DNA of 64,000 nucleotides from an uncultured Clostridia bacterium. GTDB lineage: Bacteria > Bacillota > Clostridia > Oscillospirales > Ruminococcaceae. Positions within the stretch are counted from its first letter, which is position 1. Each line of letters opens with the position of its first letter. Where the stretch lies: positions 16,561 to 80,560 of the forward strand of contig CANQWD010000001.1 of assembly GCA_947627465.1 (NCBI GenBank), written 5' to 3'. This document shows positions 9,735 to 19,688 of this stretch, in pieces. The notes beneath the pieces are model-generated. The model ran no database searches, had not been told where the DNA came from, and was given only the letters and a program-made list of their open reading frames with translations. The position numbers and the translations under genes are program-made.

Positions 9735-11210
9735 TTATACGATCGATTGTCCGCGGATGGCCTTGGACGCCTTGTTCGCACTGAACAGGAGTATAACGCT
9801 TATCAGCGATTTCGCCATACCTACGGCTGTCGACAGCGGTATCGAACCGCCCGTGCCGAGACCCAAGGTATATGTGTAGAGGTCGAGCACTTCGATCTTG
9901 CTCTGGTTGAACGCGTTTTTAAATACGAGGTACTGATCCATTCCGTTAGACAAGATGTTTGAGATCGAAAGTACAAGCTGTACGAAGAACGTCGGCATTA
10001 GTCCGGGAATCGTAATATGCCACATTCTTTGGAAACGTCCGGCACCGTCTATCGTCGCGGCTTCGTAAAGAGCCTGATCGATACCGGATATTCCGGCAAT
10101 GTAGATGATAGCGCCCCAGCCTAAGCCTTTCCATGTGTTCCACAGCCACATCTTGAACCAAATGCCGCTGTTCGACTGGAGGAAGTTTATCGGCTCCGAG
10201 GTGAAATTCAAGTTCATCAGAATGTGATTCATAAATCCGTCGGAGGAGAAGAGCGCGAACGCTACGGTGTAAACGAGAACCCAGCTTATGAAGTTCGGGA
10301 TCGTCGTTATTGTTTGTACCACTCTCTTTACGTGAGAGTTCTTTACTTCGTTCAGGAAGATCGCGAACGCCAACGGCAGCCACGACATTGCGAGACCTAT
10401 GCCGCTTACCGCCAGAGTGTTTACGATAACTCTTCCGACATCGGCGCGCATCGCGGAGTTCTGGAACAAATAAGCGAACCATTTAAAGCCTACGAAGTTA
10501 TCGGAGGTGAGTGCCTGACCGGGAGTGTAGTCGTAGAACGCATAGCGCCAGCCCCAAAGCGGCAGATATGAGAACAAAACTACTAAAACGATAAACGGAG
10601 ACATCATCAGGAACAAACGGAACTTACCTTCCATTACGTATTTGTCATCCTTGCCTGCCTGCGGCAGTTTCAAGAGATAAGCAATACTGAGGAGGAGACA
10701 TACTCCGTAAAACGCGATGAACGCAAATCCTCCAACCGGTGTGAGCGGCTTAATTCTTTCGGGGTTCGCAGCATTGTTAAAGCCGGTCTGCTGAAGCTTT
10801 ATAAAAACAGCTCCCAGCACAGCGATTCCGCTGCCCGCTATGGCAACCTTTGCGCCAAGTCTTTTAAACTTGATCTCTCCGAGCGTCATTGCACAACCCG
10901 CAAGCATAACGAGCGAACCTATGAGCGCGGTGATTGAACCTATGTAAGTTCTTACAAGAACGCCGCTTTCGATGTAACCTTTATTGAAAGCTCTTGTGAA
11001 GCCTTCGGTAAGTCCGCCGTAAGAAATTCCCGAAGTGAAGAACGAGTCGCTTTCTTTTATCAGTTCGCTCATTCGCGTTGGGTTTAGAGCCGGAACGAAC
11101 AAACATATCATAGTTAATACGATCGTTATTCGGAGAACATAACCGATTAAATCGACGGTTGTTTTTGCCGGTTTGGACTTCAGTCCGGGTGACTTTGCAG
11201 CTGTCATCAA
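9735..11210 (-). CDS. Carbohydrate ABC transporter permease with an extra N-terminal membrane domain
   Basis: C-terminal ~300 aa with LYEAATIDGAGRFQ EAA-loop; ~190-aa hydrophobic N-terminal extension. Confidence 0.88.
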   Translation of the reverse strand: MMTAAKSPGLKSKPAKTTVDLIGYVLRITIVLTMICLFVPALNPTRMSELIKESDSFFTSGISYGGLTEGFTRAFNKGYIESGVLVRTYIGSITALIGSLVMLAGCAMTLGEIKFKRLGAKVAIAGSGIAVLGAVFIKLQQTGFNNAANPERIKPLTPVGGFAFIAFYGVCLLLSIAYLLKLPQAGKDDKYVMEGKFRLFLMMSPFIVLVVLFSYLPLWGWRYAFYDYTPGQALTSDNFVGFKWFAYLFQNSAMRADVGRVIVNTLAVSGIGLAMSWLPLAFAIFLNEVKNSHVKRVVQTITTIPNFISWVLVYTVAFALFSSDGFMNHILMNLNFTSEPINFLQSNSGIWFKMWLWNTWKGLGWGAIIYIAGISGIDQALYEAATIDGAGRFQRMWHITIPGLMPTFFVQLVLSISNILSNGMDQYLVFKNAFNQSKIEVLDLYTYTLGLGTGGSIPLSTAVGMAKSLISVILLFSANKASKAIRGQSIV

Positions 11211-11333
11211 ACCATCCCTTTCTTAATTTAACTTGAGAATGCCATGCCGAAAAACAGATCTGTTTCCGCAAACGTGCGACCGATAATCGTCATTCGTTCG
11301 CGAGTGGAAAGTTTTTTCTTTCCTTGTACTTAT

Positions 11334-11362
11334 ATTATATAACACGACTTAACTTTTGTCAA
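11334..11362 (-). promoter_or_regulatory. Sigma-A promoter of the ABC operon
   Basis: Minus strand TTGACA (11357-62), 17 bp, TATAAT (11334-39). Confidence 0.8.
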
Positions 11363-11545
11363 TAGACTTTTGTTATTTTCGGCTTAATATATAAACATTT
11401 AGTGTAAATCTTGTGCATGTTTAACACATATTTGGCGAAAATGGCTGTAATTAAGTAAGCCTTCTTTTTTTATTTGAGGGTTAACTAAAAAAACAGCCGC
11501 GTTAAGTTGAAAAGCTCACGCGGCTTAGGTAAAGGATATCGTTTT

Positions 11546-12967
11546 TTACTTTACGGTTCCGATCGGTTCATAACGAATTCGCAAACGCGGCATTTCGGTA
11601 AGTTCGGCGTAATAATTTTCAGCCCAGTCTACCGCGCCGTTATCGACGTTCACGCCGTCGGCGGGGGTGGCGAAAAACTTTAAGTAAAGCGTCTTTGCGC
11701 CGTCAAGCGGCGCTTCGTAAAACGCGGGCATAAGATCGACTGTTTTCAATGTCGGATTTTTATAAAACCACTTTCCGTTGATCTCCAGCATAAGGCTCAA
11801 TTCGTCGTCGAACGTAACCTCGCAGAACACGGGATTTTTCTCAAAATCGATTTTCACGGCTATGCCGTCCGCGTCCTCCGCGCCGCCCCAACGCAGCTGC
11901 GCGGGAAGCTCCACATCGCCCGTCGTTTCGATCGGCGGCATAAAATACGGGTCGTTCAATATTTTTTTGTACTCGCGCATTATCGGCTGCGGTATGCCGA
12001 CTTCTTTGTTGTTCGGATCCTCGATCTCCAGTCCGAGACGACCTCTGTCGCGAAACTGATAAAACGACACAGACTTGAACCAATCCGCTTTTTCATCGCG
12101 TATCTTTTCGTAAAACCGCATTACGGATTCGCCCTGCGCCGCCGCGCCCGTAACATCTCCGTCGGTGTTCAGTTCGGCGGTGATCATGGGCTTTGGAACG
12201 CCGCCGTTAAGCTGAGTTAAGCGCTCGTAAGTCTTTTTGAATAGATTGAAATTGTCGTCGACGCAGCCGCAGTTATGGGTATTTCCGCCCTTTTCCGCAA
12301 CGTCGAAAGGCCAGCCGTAATGCAGTGCGAGATACGCGTCGCCGCTCCACTCGTCCGCCGCTTTGTAAGCGTCGGCGAACGCCGCTTCCTGTTCAACCGA
12401 GCCGTCCTCGTTTCTCGCGAAGCCCGCGCAGAACACCGTTTTGACGTTCGGCGCTTCCTCTTTGATTATGTTCGTGAATTTCACGAAAAACGCTCCTATT
12501 TCCTCAAACGTAAAACGGCGGTTGTGCGTGAACCATGTGCCGCAGCACTCGTGATTTATGCGAAGCCGCATTCTGCCGTAGGGTCGAAGATCGTGCGCTA
12601 TTTTCCGCAAGACTTCATCAGGCAGCGAACAGTCTATCGTAAGCGTTAAGAAAACGTCCTGCCCGTGGCGGCGCACGTCTTGCATCTGCTTAAACGGCTG
12701 TCCGTTCGCGCCGTAGGGGAAGTAGTCGTCATACGGATAATCCCACTGAAAGGTTATCTCCATATCCTTGCAGATCTCGGAGATCTTCTTGTTGCTCCAT
12801 TCGGGGTCGTTGGGGTAGTAGGTGTACATCAGCCCGACGGAACGGTGCGGTCTGCCGAGGACGTTCAAAATATAGTCCTGATTTACGTATTCGCCGCGCT
12901 CGCTGCCGTCGCCAAGATCGAGTGCGCATTCCGCCGCGCCCATGTGTATTTTGTAAAGTTCGTTCAT
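11546..12967 (-). CDS. Uncharacterised cytoplasmic glycoside hydrolase, GH26-like (clan GH-A)
   Basis: RLRINHECCGTWF resembles the GH26 acid/base motif R..HE..G.WF; KPMITAELN resembles the nucleophile strand; no signal peptide. Confidence 0.55.
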   Translation of the reverse strand: MNELYKIHMGAAECALDLGDGSERGEYVNQDYILNVLGRPHRSVGLMYTYYPNDPEWSNKKISEICKDMEITFQWDYPYDDYFPYGANGQPFKQMQDVRRHGQDVFLTLTIDCSLPDEVLRKIAHDLRPYGRMRLRINHECCGTWFTHNRRFTFEEIGAFFVKFTNIIKEEAPNVKTVFCAGFARNEDGSVEQEAAFADAYKAADEWSGDAYLALHYGWPFDVAEKGGNTHNCGCVDDNFNLFKKTYERLTQLNGGVPKPMITAELNTDGDVTGAAAQGESVMRFYEKIRDEKADWFKSVSFYQFRDRGRLGLEIEDPNNKEVGIPQPIMREYKKILNDPYFMPPIETTGDVELPAQLRWGGAEDADGIAVKIDFEKNPVFCEVTFDDELSLMLEINGKWFYKNPTLKTVDLMPAFYEAPLDGAKTLYLKFFATPADGVNVDNGAVDWAENYYAELTEMPRLRIRYEPIGTVK

Positions 12968-12971
12968 AAAA

Positions 12972-15311
12972 TTACACCGCCTTTAGTTTCGCGGAGGTAT
13001 CTCCCGCGTTTACTTGTACGCTTTCCCCGTCCGCGAGTTTCACCTTGAAAGGCTTCGGCGCTGCGGGGAACGCTGCTTCGATAGTATCTCCGCGGCGAAC
13101 CGCTTTAAGCTCGAATATCTTGTTTGCGTCGGTATCATAGATCGGCGCGGTGATTTCAACGCCGTCGTCGGGCTGATAGATCGTGAATTCCGCGTTCTCA
13201 AGATAATCGTATTCAAAACCGCGCTTGAAGTCGCCGTAAGCGATTATCGAATTGGGTTTCGCGAGACACGGAAGTCCAAAGTAATCATAAGTTTCTTTAT
13301 AGAATTTACCGCCTTCGTAAACTTTGCCGCTGATTATGTCCGTCCACTTGCCCTCGGGGAGATAGAACTCGCCCAAACCCTTATCGTTGCAAATTGGAGC
13401 GACAAGGATATTGTCTCCGAACATATACTGACGGTCGAGGGTATGGCACGCGGGGTCGTTCGAGTAGTCGATAACCATTGCCCTCATCATCGGAACGCCC
13501 GTGTTGTGGGTCTTTATCGCCTGTGCCCAGAGGTACGGCATAAGTCTGCCTTTAAGTTTTGTAAAGAACCTTAATACATCCACCGCCTCGTCGTCGAACA
13601 GCCACGGAACGCGGTAGGACGAATTGCCGTGAAGTCTGGAATGCGACGAGAGCAGTCCGAACGCGCTCCAACGCTTGTAAATATCGGGAGTGGCGGTCGC
13701 TTCAAAGCCCGAGATGTCGTGACTGAAAAATCCGAAGCCGCTCATGCAAAGCGACAAACCGCCGCGTATCGTTTCAGCCATAGAGGTGTATTCAGCCGAG
13801 CAGTCGCCGCCCCAATGTACGGGGAACTTCTGCCCGCCGACGGTCGCCGAACGAGCGAACAGGCACGCTTTGTTTTCGCCGTAAAACTCTTTCAGCACGT
13901 TGAACACGGTTTTGTTGTAAAGATAGGTGTAATAATTGTGCATAGCAACGGGGTCGGAGCCGTCGAAGTATTTAACATTGGTCGGGATACGTTCGCCGAA
14001 GTCGGTCTTGAACGTGTCCACGCCCATTTCGCAGAGTTTTTTGAGCTTCCCCGCATACCACTCGCAAGCGGCGGGGTTGGTGAAATCGACTATCGCAAGC
14101 CCCGGCTGCCACATATCGCACTGGAACACGCTGTTGTCGGGATTCTTTATCAGATATCCGCCCTGTTTGCCCTCCTCAAACAGCGGCGAACGCTGACCGA
14201 TATACGGATTTATCCAGACACAGGTTTTTAGCTGCTTATCGGTTTTCAAGCGCTTCAGCATCGCGGCGGGGTCGGGGAACTGCCGCTTATCCCAATCGAA
14301 ATCGCACCATTGGAACTCTTTCATCCAGAAGCAGTCGAAGTGGAACACCTCAAGCGGGATATCGCGCTGTGCCATTCCGTCAATGAACGACGTTACGGTC
14401 TCCTCGTTGTAATCCGTGGTGAACGAGGTGGTGAGCCACAGCCCGAACGTGAACGCGGGCGGGAGAGAGGGCTTTCCGGTAAGATCGGTGTAGTTTTCGA
14501 GAACCTCCGCGACGTTTTCCCCGCCGATAACAAAATACTCCAAGGTTTCTCCGGGCACGGTGAACGACACCTTTGAAACGGTATCGGAGCAGACTTCAAA
14601 CGACACGTTATCCAAGGAGTTTACGAAAATTCCGTAGCCCTCGCTCGATACGTAAAACGGGATAGACTTATACGACTGGTCGGAGCAAGTGCCGCCGTCG
14701 CTGTTCCAGATCTGCACGGTCTGACCGTTCTTGACAAACGGTGTGAACTTTTCGCCGAAGCCGTAGAAATACTCGCCGACGTTCATTGAAAGCTGTTCGC
14801 GAATATAAGTCGTTTTCTCGTTACGCGGGTAATCCCAGAACGTGTTGTCCTGTGTTGCGTCAAGGCGAGCCGACTTTATAAACTCGCTTTCCGTGATAAC
14901 GGATGCGCTTCTCCACGCGCCGCCCGTCAAGCGCTTATCCTTGTAGTAATACTGAACGCTGTAACTTCCTTTTGCGATAACGACTTTGGTGTCGCCCGAA
15001 ACAATCTCCCAGTCGTTTTCGTTTTCCTTTATCTCGGGCTTGAAGCCTTGATCTTCGTTAAGCTCAAAGCGCGGAACGTTGTCCAAGCCGCCTTTGTAGT
15101 GCACTATCGACACCTTGATAACGTTCTTTTGCGTTGAGGTGAACGTTATATCGAGGCACGGTCCGCCGAGGGTTTGCCCTCTGTTCTGAATATACTGCGT
15201 GGGAACGTAAACGTTAAGTCCGTTTTCCACGGGCGTTATCTCATAGCTTTGAGCCGCGTAGTTTACGTCGTAACCGCGCTTGTTGAGCCAAAATCCGTCC
15301 GAAAATTTCAT
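12972..15311 (-). CDS. yicI: Alpha-xylosidase, GH31 (YicI-like)
   Basis: MKFSDGFW start, FGLWLTTSF, FHFDCFWM, FKTDFGE nucleophile, HWGGD, SHDISGFE. Confidence 0.92.
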   Translation of the reverse strand: MKFSDGFWLNKRGYDVNYAAQSYEITPVENGLNVYVPTQYIQNRGQTLGGPCLDITFTSTQKNVIKVSIVHYKGGLDNVPRFELNEDQGFKPEIKENENDWEIVSGDTKVVIAKGSYSVQYYYKDKRLTGGAWRSASVITESEFIKSARLDATQDNTFWDYPRNEKTTYIREQLSMNVGEYFYGFGEKFTPFVKNGQTVQIWNSDGGTCSDQSYKSIPFYVSSEGYGIFVNSLDNVSFEVCSDTVSKVSFTVPGETLEYFVIGGENVAEVLENYTDLTGKPSLPPAFTFGLWLTTSFTTDYNEETVTSFIDGMAQRDIPLEVFHFDCFWMKEFQWCDFDWDKRQFPDPAAMLKRLKTDKQLKTCVWINPYIGQRSPLFEEGKQGGYLIKNPDNSVFQCDMWQPGLAIVDFTNPAACEWYAGKLKKLCEMGVDTFKTDFGERIPTNVKYFDGSDPVAMHNYYTYLYNKTVFNVLKEFYGENKACLFARSATVGGQKFPVHWGGDCSAEYTSMAETIRGGLSLCMSGFGFFSHDISGFEATATPDIYKRWSAFGLLSSHSRLHGNSSYRVPWLFDDEAVDVLRFFTKLKGRLMPYLWAQAIKTHNTGVPMMRAMVIDYSNDPACHTLDRQYMFGDNILVAPICNDKGLGEFYLPEGKWTDIISGKVYEGGKFYKETYDYFGLPCLAKPNSIIAYGDFKRGFEYDYLENAEFTIYQPDDGVEITAPIYDTDANKIFELKAVRRGDTIEAAFPAAPKPFKVKLADGESVQVNAGDTSAKLKAV

Positions 15312-15332
15312 AATGTATCCTCCTTATTTAAA

Positions 15333-15448
15333 AAATTTCAAAATCTCGTCTAGCTTACTCACTTCGCTCACTTCGTTCGCTCCATTCGCAAGCTATTCGA
15401 GACCGGTCAAAATTTTGCAAAGCAAAATTTTGACACTTTTTGAAATTT
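15333..15448. repeat. Multi-stem palindromic intercistronic element
   Basis: Outer inverted repeat AAATTTCAAAA / TTTTGAAATTT; perfect 13-bp hairpin GTCAAAATTTTGC-AAA-GCAAAATTTTGAC; loop motif shared with the pheS-leader repeats. Confidence 0.65.
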
Positions 15449-15487
15449 ATGCGCCGCCAAAGCGTTGATTAGAATTTAAAATCTGCT

Positions 15488-18121
15488 CTAATTTAAAATT
15501 GCGTTCAGTAGGCTTGCCGCGAAATGTTTTACCTCGATATTATCCGCAATTTCCCATAATCTCGACGTGCATACTACGCCGCCGTTTCTATATAACAGCC
15601 CAAGCCGCGCGGCGCGTTCGGGGTTGTCTATCACCCAAACGTCGGGCGCGATCTCCGTGCCGTCCAAATTCGACGAAAAGCTGTGCGTTACGATATTGTA
15701 CCAAATAGGCTCCGTGTGAGCCGCGCATGGGAAGTCTTTCAGCAGTTCGCTTTCCGTATCGGGCAGAAGTCCGAGCGTTCCCGTCGGAATTGCCTTTCCC
15801 ATACTTTCCGAAATGGACTTGAACATTCCGTAGCACCAGAAGTCCGTACAATATTCGCCGCGAAGATCGTTTTCGCTCGGATACGGTATGCAGAGCGCGT
15901 TTTCGCGGGGCTTATCGTGCACTATCGGTAGGTTTTTTCCGTTGTACGTTATCTCGTTTTCCGTGATCTTAACGTCGATATTCGGATAAACGTACAGCGT
16001 GTATATATTGACAAATTCTCCCGCGTTAAGTTCAAGCGTGGCTGTTATGGGCTTTGTGCAGTTCAGCTCGAAAAAAGCGTTTTCGGCTCTCGCTATGCGC
16101 CCGTCAAACGCACCGACCGCGCTTTTGCCCTTTGCGAGGACTTCTCCGTTCGCCGTAACGCGCCATTCTATCTCGCGGATATCGACGTTCGGCGCGGTAT
16201 TCGAGACAAGCAGACCGCAGGTTATTTTCTCGCAGCTTGTGAAAACGAATTTCGGAAGCTCCGCAAGCAGTACCGTATCATTGCAGAATTGCCGCCACTC
16301 GCCCGGCTCTATCAAACCTTTGCTTTCCATAAACGCGTTGAGAATGCCGACCGCGGCTATTCCCTGACCGGGAAAATCCTGTATGTCCAGAAGCTGAAAT
16401 CCCGACATTTTTCCCGAACGCAGAGCCGCTTCTATCTCGCGGCGGTAACACTCTACGGAAAGCGCGCCGCTTGCCTTGAAAAATTTCTCGGCGTAAGGCA
16501 GTAAACCCTTTTCGGAGGCTGTTTTGCGGTATTTCTCATAAGCGAAATGCCGCAAAGAGCCTTTGTAAGAAGCAATCTCGCCGTAATCGGGATAGGTGTA
16601 ATACTGCCCTATCTCGTGCGAGATCACGGGAACGTCGGGAATGAGAACACCGCCGCTTTCGCCTTGCACCTTTTTCATTTCGGTGCCATATTGTATCATT
16701 ATTTCGCCGCCTTGCTCGGCGGACGTTTCAAACTTTGGGGAGAACGTGTTATCGTAATCGCGAACGCTGTTCGGGCGCTCCGTTTGAACGTGTCCGAACG
16801 GAACGTCGCACGACGCGTAGCCCCCGCGAATTTGACGGTCTATGTCAAAGCGCACGCCGCTGAAGAAGTCGTCGTTTTCGAGAATGCACGGCACCCACTG
16901 GAAGTTGTTAGAGCCTTGCGTGTACAATTTATCGGGGAAATCGCGTTTGTACTCGCCGAGCAAAGAATTCAGCGCTTCGCGGCTGCCCCAAAGCTCGTTG
17001 CCCATTGACATCATCACAAAAGACGGGTGACGACCGAATTCGCGAAGAATACGAAATCCCTCGGTTTTCAGGAACTCAAATTCCGTGTTCGGCTTATCGG
17101 GTATCGTTCCCCAGAACGGCAGTTCGGGCTGCAAATAAATTCCGAGAATATCCGCCGCCGCAAACGCCGCTTCGGGAGGACAGCAAGTGTGAAAACGGTA
17201 GTGGTTTATTCCGTATTCCATAGCGGTTTTAAACACATCAAGCCAGCTTTCGACATCCGTCGGCGCGAAACCCGTTTTGGGGAAGACCAAGCCGTCGTGT
17301 TTTCCGCGCAGAAACGTTTCGTTGCCGTTTATCAAGAGTTTTAAACCGTCCGCTTTGAACTCGCGTAAACCGAATTTCACAACGCGCGTATCATTGTCGA
17401 TCTTAATTTCCAAATTCAGCAAATTCGGCGCGAACTCGCTCCATTTCGGAGCGTTTTCCGAAAGTTTTACCGTGCATTTGAGCGTATTGGAGAAAACCGC
17501 CGTTTCTTTGCCGAACTCAAACTCGTCGTTGTAAATCCTGAGGTGCGCCGTGCCGCGTTGTTCTCCTAAAATATCTGCTTTTACCGTTACCGAATTTTTA
17601 GAAATATCGGACGTTATCTGAATAAATTCGGGGTAAGCGTCGTAACTCAACAGCGCGATGTTTCCCGTTATTCCGTTCCAATTGGTCTGCGTATCGGGAG
17701 AAGTGAGGTGCCCGCCTTTTGTGGGGTAATCGGTGTTGTCTACCCGAACTATAAACTCGTGCTCGCCCTCCGAAAGCCCGTTCAACGAATATCTGTGCCG
17801 CGCGCATAAGGAACAGTACTCGCCGATCTTCGCGCCGTCAACGAACAGCGCGGTCTTGCGGGTGCGCTCTAAAATGAGCATAAGGTTTTTCTCCGCCATT
17901 TCGCGCGTTATCGTTATTTTTCGGCAAAACCACGCGTACCCCTCAAATTTGTATAGGTCGGTAAGGCAGCCGTCGTTCTTCTCCGAATTTCGTTTTTCGA
18001 GCCGCGAGTTTGAGGTAGTGTTCGGCAACGTGATTTTGTCGGGGAACGCTTCGGGAAGCGCTTCGGACTTTGTTTCGTCAAGGAAAGCGTGCCACTCTCC
18101 GCTAAGATCGGTGTATGTCAT
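15488..18121 (-). CDS. Glycoside hydrolase family 2 (beta-galactosidase/beta-glycosidase-like)
   Basis: N-terminal sugar-binding domain, NHYRFHTCCPP, HPSFVMMSMGNE acid/base, PVISHEIGQ nucleophile. Confidence 0.85.
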   Translation of the reverse strand: MTYTDLSGEWHAFLDETKSEALPEAFPDKITLPNTTSNSRLEKRNSEKNDGCLTDLYKFEGYAWFCRKITITREMAEKNLMLILERTRKTALFVDGAKIGEYCSLCARHRYSLNGLSEGEHEFIVRVDNTDYPTKGGHLTSPDTQTNWNGITGNIALLSYDAYPEFIQITSDISKNSVTVKADILGEQRGTAHLRIYNDEFEFGKETAVFSNTLKCTVKLSENAPKWSEFAPNLLNLEIKIDNDTRVVKFGLREFKADGLKLLINGNETFLRGKHDGLVFPKTGFAPTDVESWLDVFKTAMEYGINHYRFHTCCPPEAAFAAADILGIYLQPELPFWGTIPDKPNTEFEFLKTEGFRILREFGRHPSFVMMSMGNELWGSREALNSLLGEYKRDFPDKLYTQGSNNFQWVPCILENDDFFSGVRFDIDRQIRGGYASCDVPFGHVQTERPNSVRDYDNTFSPKFETSAEQGGEIMIQYGTEMKKVQGESGGVLIPDVPVISHEIGQYYTYPDYGEIASYKGSLRHFAYEKYRKTASEKGLLPYAEKFFKASGALSVECYRREIEAALRSGKMSGFQLLDIQDFPGQGIAAVGILNAFMESKGLIEPGEWRQFCNDTVLLAELPKFVFTSCEKITCGLLVSNTAPNVDIREIEWRVTANGEVLAKGKSAVGAFDGRIARAENAFFELNCTKPITATLELNAGEFVNIYTLYVYPNIDVKITENEITYNGKNLPIVHDKPRENALCIPYPSENDLRGEYCTDFWCYGMFKSISESMGKAIPTGTLGLLPDTESELLKDFPCAAHTEPIWYNIVTHSFSSNLDGTEIAPDVWVIDNPERAARLGLLYRNGGVVCTSRLWEIADNIEVKHFAASLLNAILN

Positions 18122-18130
18122 AGTTTCTCC

Positions 18131-19675
18131 TTATATTGTGTAAAACCCGGCGGAATACGGCGACGCAACGATTTTCTTGCCGTCCGATTTCGCCGTTTCT
18201 CCGAATGAGTAAACTGTCTCTTTGAGCGCAAGTTTGCTTTCAAAAGATACGGTTTCGCTTGACGGGTTTATTATCACAAGAATTTTTTCGTTCTCCGATT
18301 TTCTGACGTAAGCCAGCGGATAAACGTTCTTTTCCGCGTAAACGAACTCTATCTCGGAACGGTTGTTAAGCGCCGTGTGTGTCTGCCGTATCTTTATCAG
18401 CCGCTTTATCTCGTTGTAAAGCGAGTTTTCGTCGGCTTTCTGATTTTTAACTGTCGGTCTGTCGGGAGAGACGTCCTGCGCTATATAGAGCTTTTCGGCG
18501 GGCGCGGAGCTGAACCCCGCGTTGGACGAATTATCCCACTGCATAGGCGAACGCGAGCCTGTTCTGCCGTAGCCGCCCTCAACGGAGGTCAGCCCCTCGA
18601 CATACCGCATACCGATCTCGTCGCCGTAATAAATAAACGGCGCACCGGGCATTGACAGCAGAAACGCGAACGCGATCTTTAAATTATCGCCGTGTATATT
18701 TCGTGAAAGTCTGTCCATATCGTGATTTCCCGACGGTATGCAGATAAGCCCTTTCTTTTCCGATTTTTCGTAGTTCTCAACGTATTTCCTGACAAACTCC
18801 GAAACGTCGCCCTCTCCGCCGAAAAACGGGTTTTCACAGCGGAAAAGATCGTTGTAGTGAGACGGTCCGAAATGCAAAAGAAAGTCCATGTGAAAGCCGC
18901 CTTGCAATGATTTGTCCGGCTCTCCCCACTCGGAGACCATAGCGGCGTTCGGGAACTCTTTATCCAGAAATTCACGGACGTTTTGCCACAGCTTTACCGT
19001 GCCCTTGCCGTCCTCGTCGTTCTTGACGAGCGAACCCGCCATATCCACGCGGAAACCGTCGCAGCCCGCGTTCAGCCAAAAGCGCATTACGTCTTTCATC
19101 GCTTCGAGTGTCGCACGAGCGCCCTCGCTGTCCGTTGAATGCTGCCACTTTTTATCGGGATTGGGCTTGTAAAAGCCGTAGTTCAGTGCGGGCTGGTGCG
19201 AGAAGAAGTTCACCGCGCAAGAGCCGTCGCGGTCGGAAATACCGCGAATACAGCCCATTCCCTCGGGACTTTCCCAAATGCTGTCCGTCCAAACGTATCG
19301 GTCGGTAAACTCATTGCGCTCCGCTTTTATTGACTGCTTGAACCACGGGTGCTCCACCGAGGTGTGCCCGGGAACGAGGTCGAGAAGTATGTGCATATCC
19401 CGTTTGTGGACTTCATCGAACAATCGCTTCAAATCGTCGTTTGTTCCGTATCTCGGCGCGGTCTCCAGATAATCCGAAACGTCATAGCCCGCGTCGCCGA
19501 ACGGTGATTTAAAGCAAGGGTTCATCCAGATCGCCGTGCAGCCCAAGTCTTTTATATAGTCCAGCTTTTCGATTATTCCGTTGAAATCGCCTATGCCGTC
19601 GCCGTTTGAGTCTTTGAAAGACTGCGGATATATTTCATAGAAAACCACGTTGTCAAGCCATTTGGGAACATTCAT
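18131..19675 (-). CDS. Alpha-amylase family (GH13) glycosidase
   Basis: DSNGDGIGD, GFRVDMA, MVSEW, GNHD catalytic motifs; ATG 19675 follows an AAAGGAG RBS. Confidence 0.88.
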   Translation of the reverse strand: MNVPKWLDNVVFYEIYPQSFKDSNGDGIGDFNGIIEKLDYIKDLGCTAIWMNPCFKSPFGDAGYDVSDYLETAPRYGTNDDLKRLFDEVHKRDMHILLDLVPGHTSVEHPWFKQSIKAERNEFTDRYVWTDSIWESPEGMGCIRGISDRDGSCAVNFFSHQPALNYGFYKPNPDKKWQHSTDSEGARATLEAMKDVMRFWLNAGCDGFRVDMAGSLVKNDEDGKGTVKLWQNVREFLDKEFPNAAMVSEWGEPDKSLQGGFHMDFLLHFGPSHYNDLFRCENPFFGGEGDVSEFVRKYVENYEKSEKKGLICIPSGNHDMDRLSRNIHGDNLKIAFAFLLSMPGAPFIYYGDEIGMRYVEGLTSVEGGYGRTGSRSPMQWDNSSNAGFSSAPAEKLYIAQDVSPDRPTVKNQKADENSLYNEIKRLIKIRQTHTALNNRSEIEFVYAEKNVYPLAYVRKSENEKILVIINPSSETVSFESKLALKETVYSFGETAKSDGKKIVASPYSAGFYTI

Positions 19676-19688
19676 AAAATCGCTCCTT

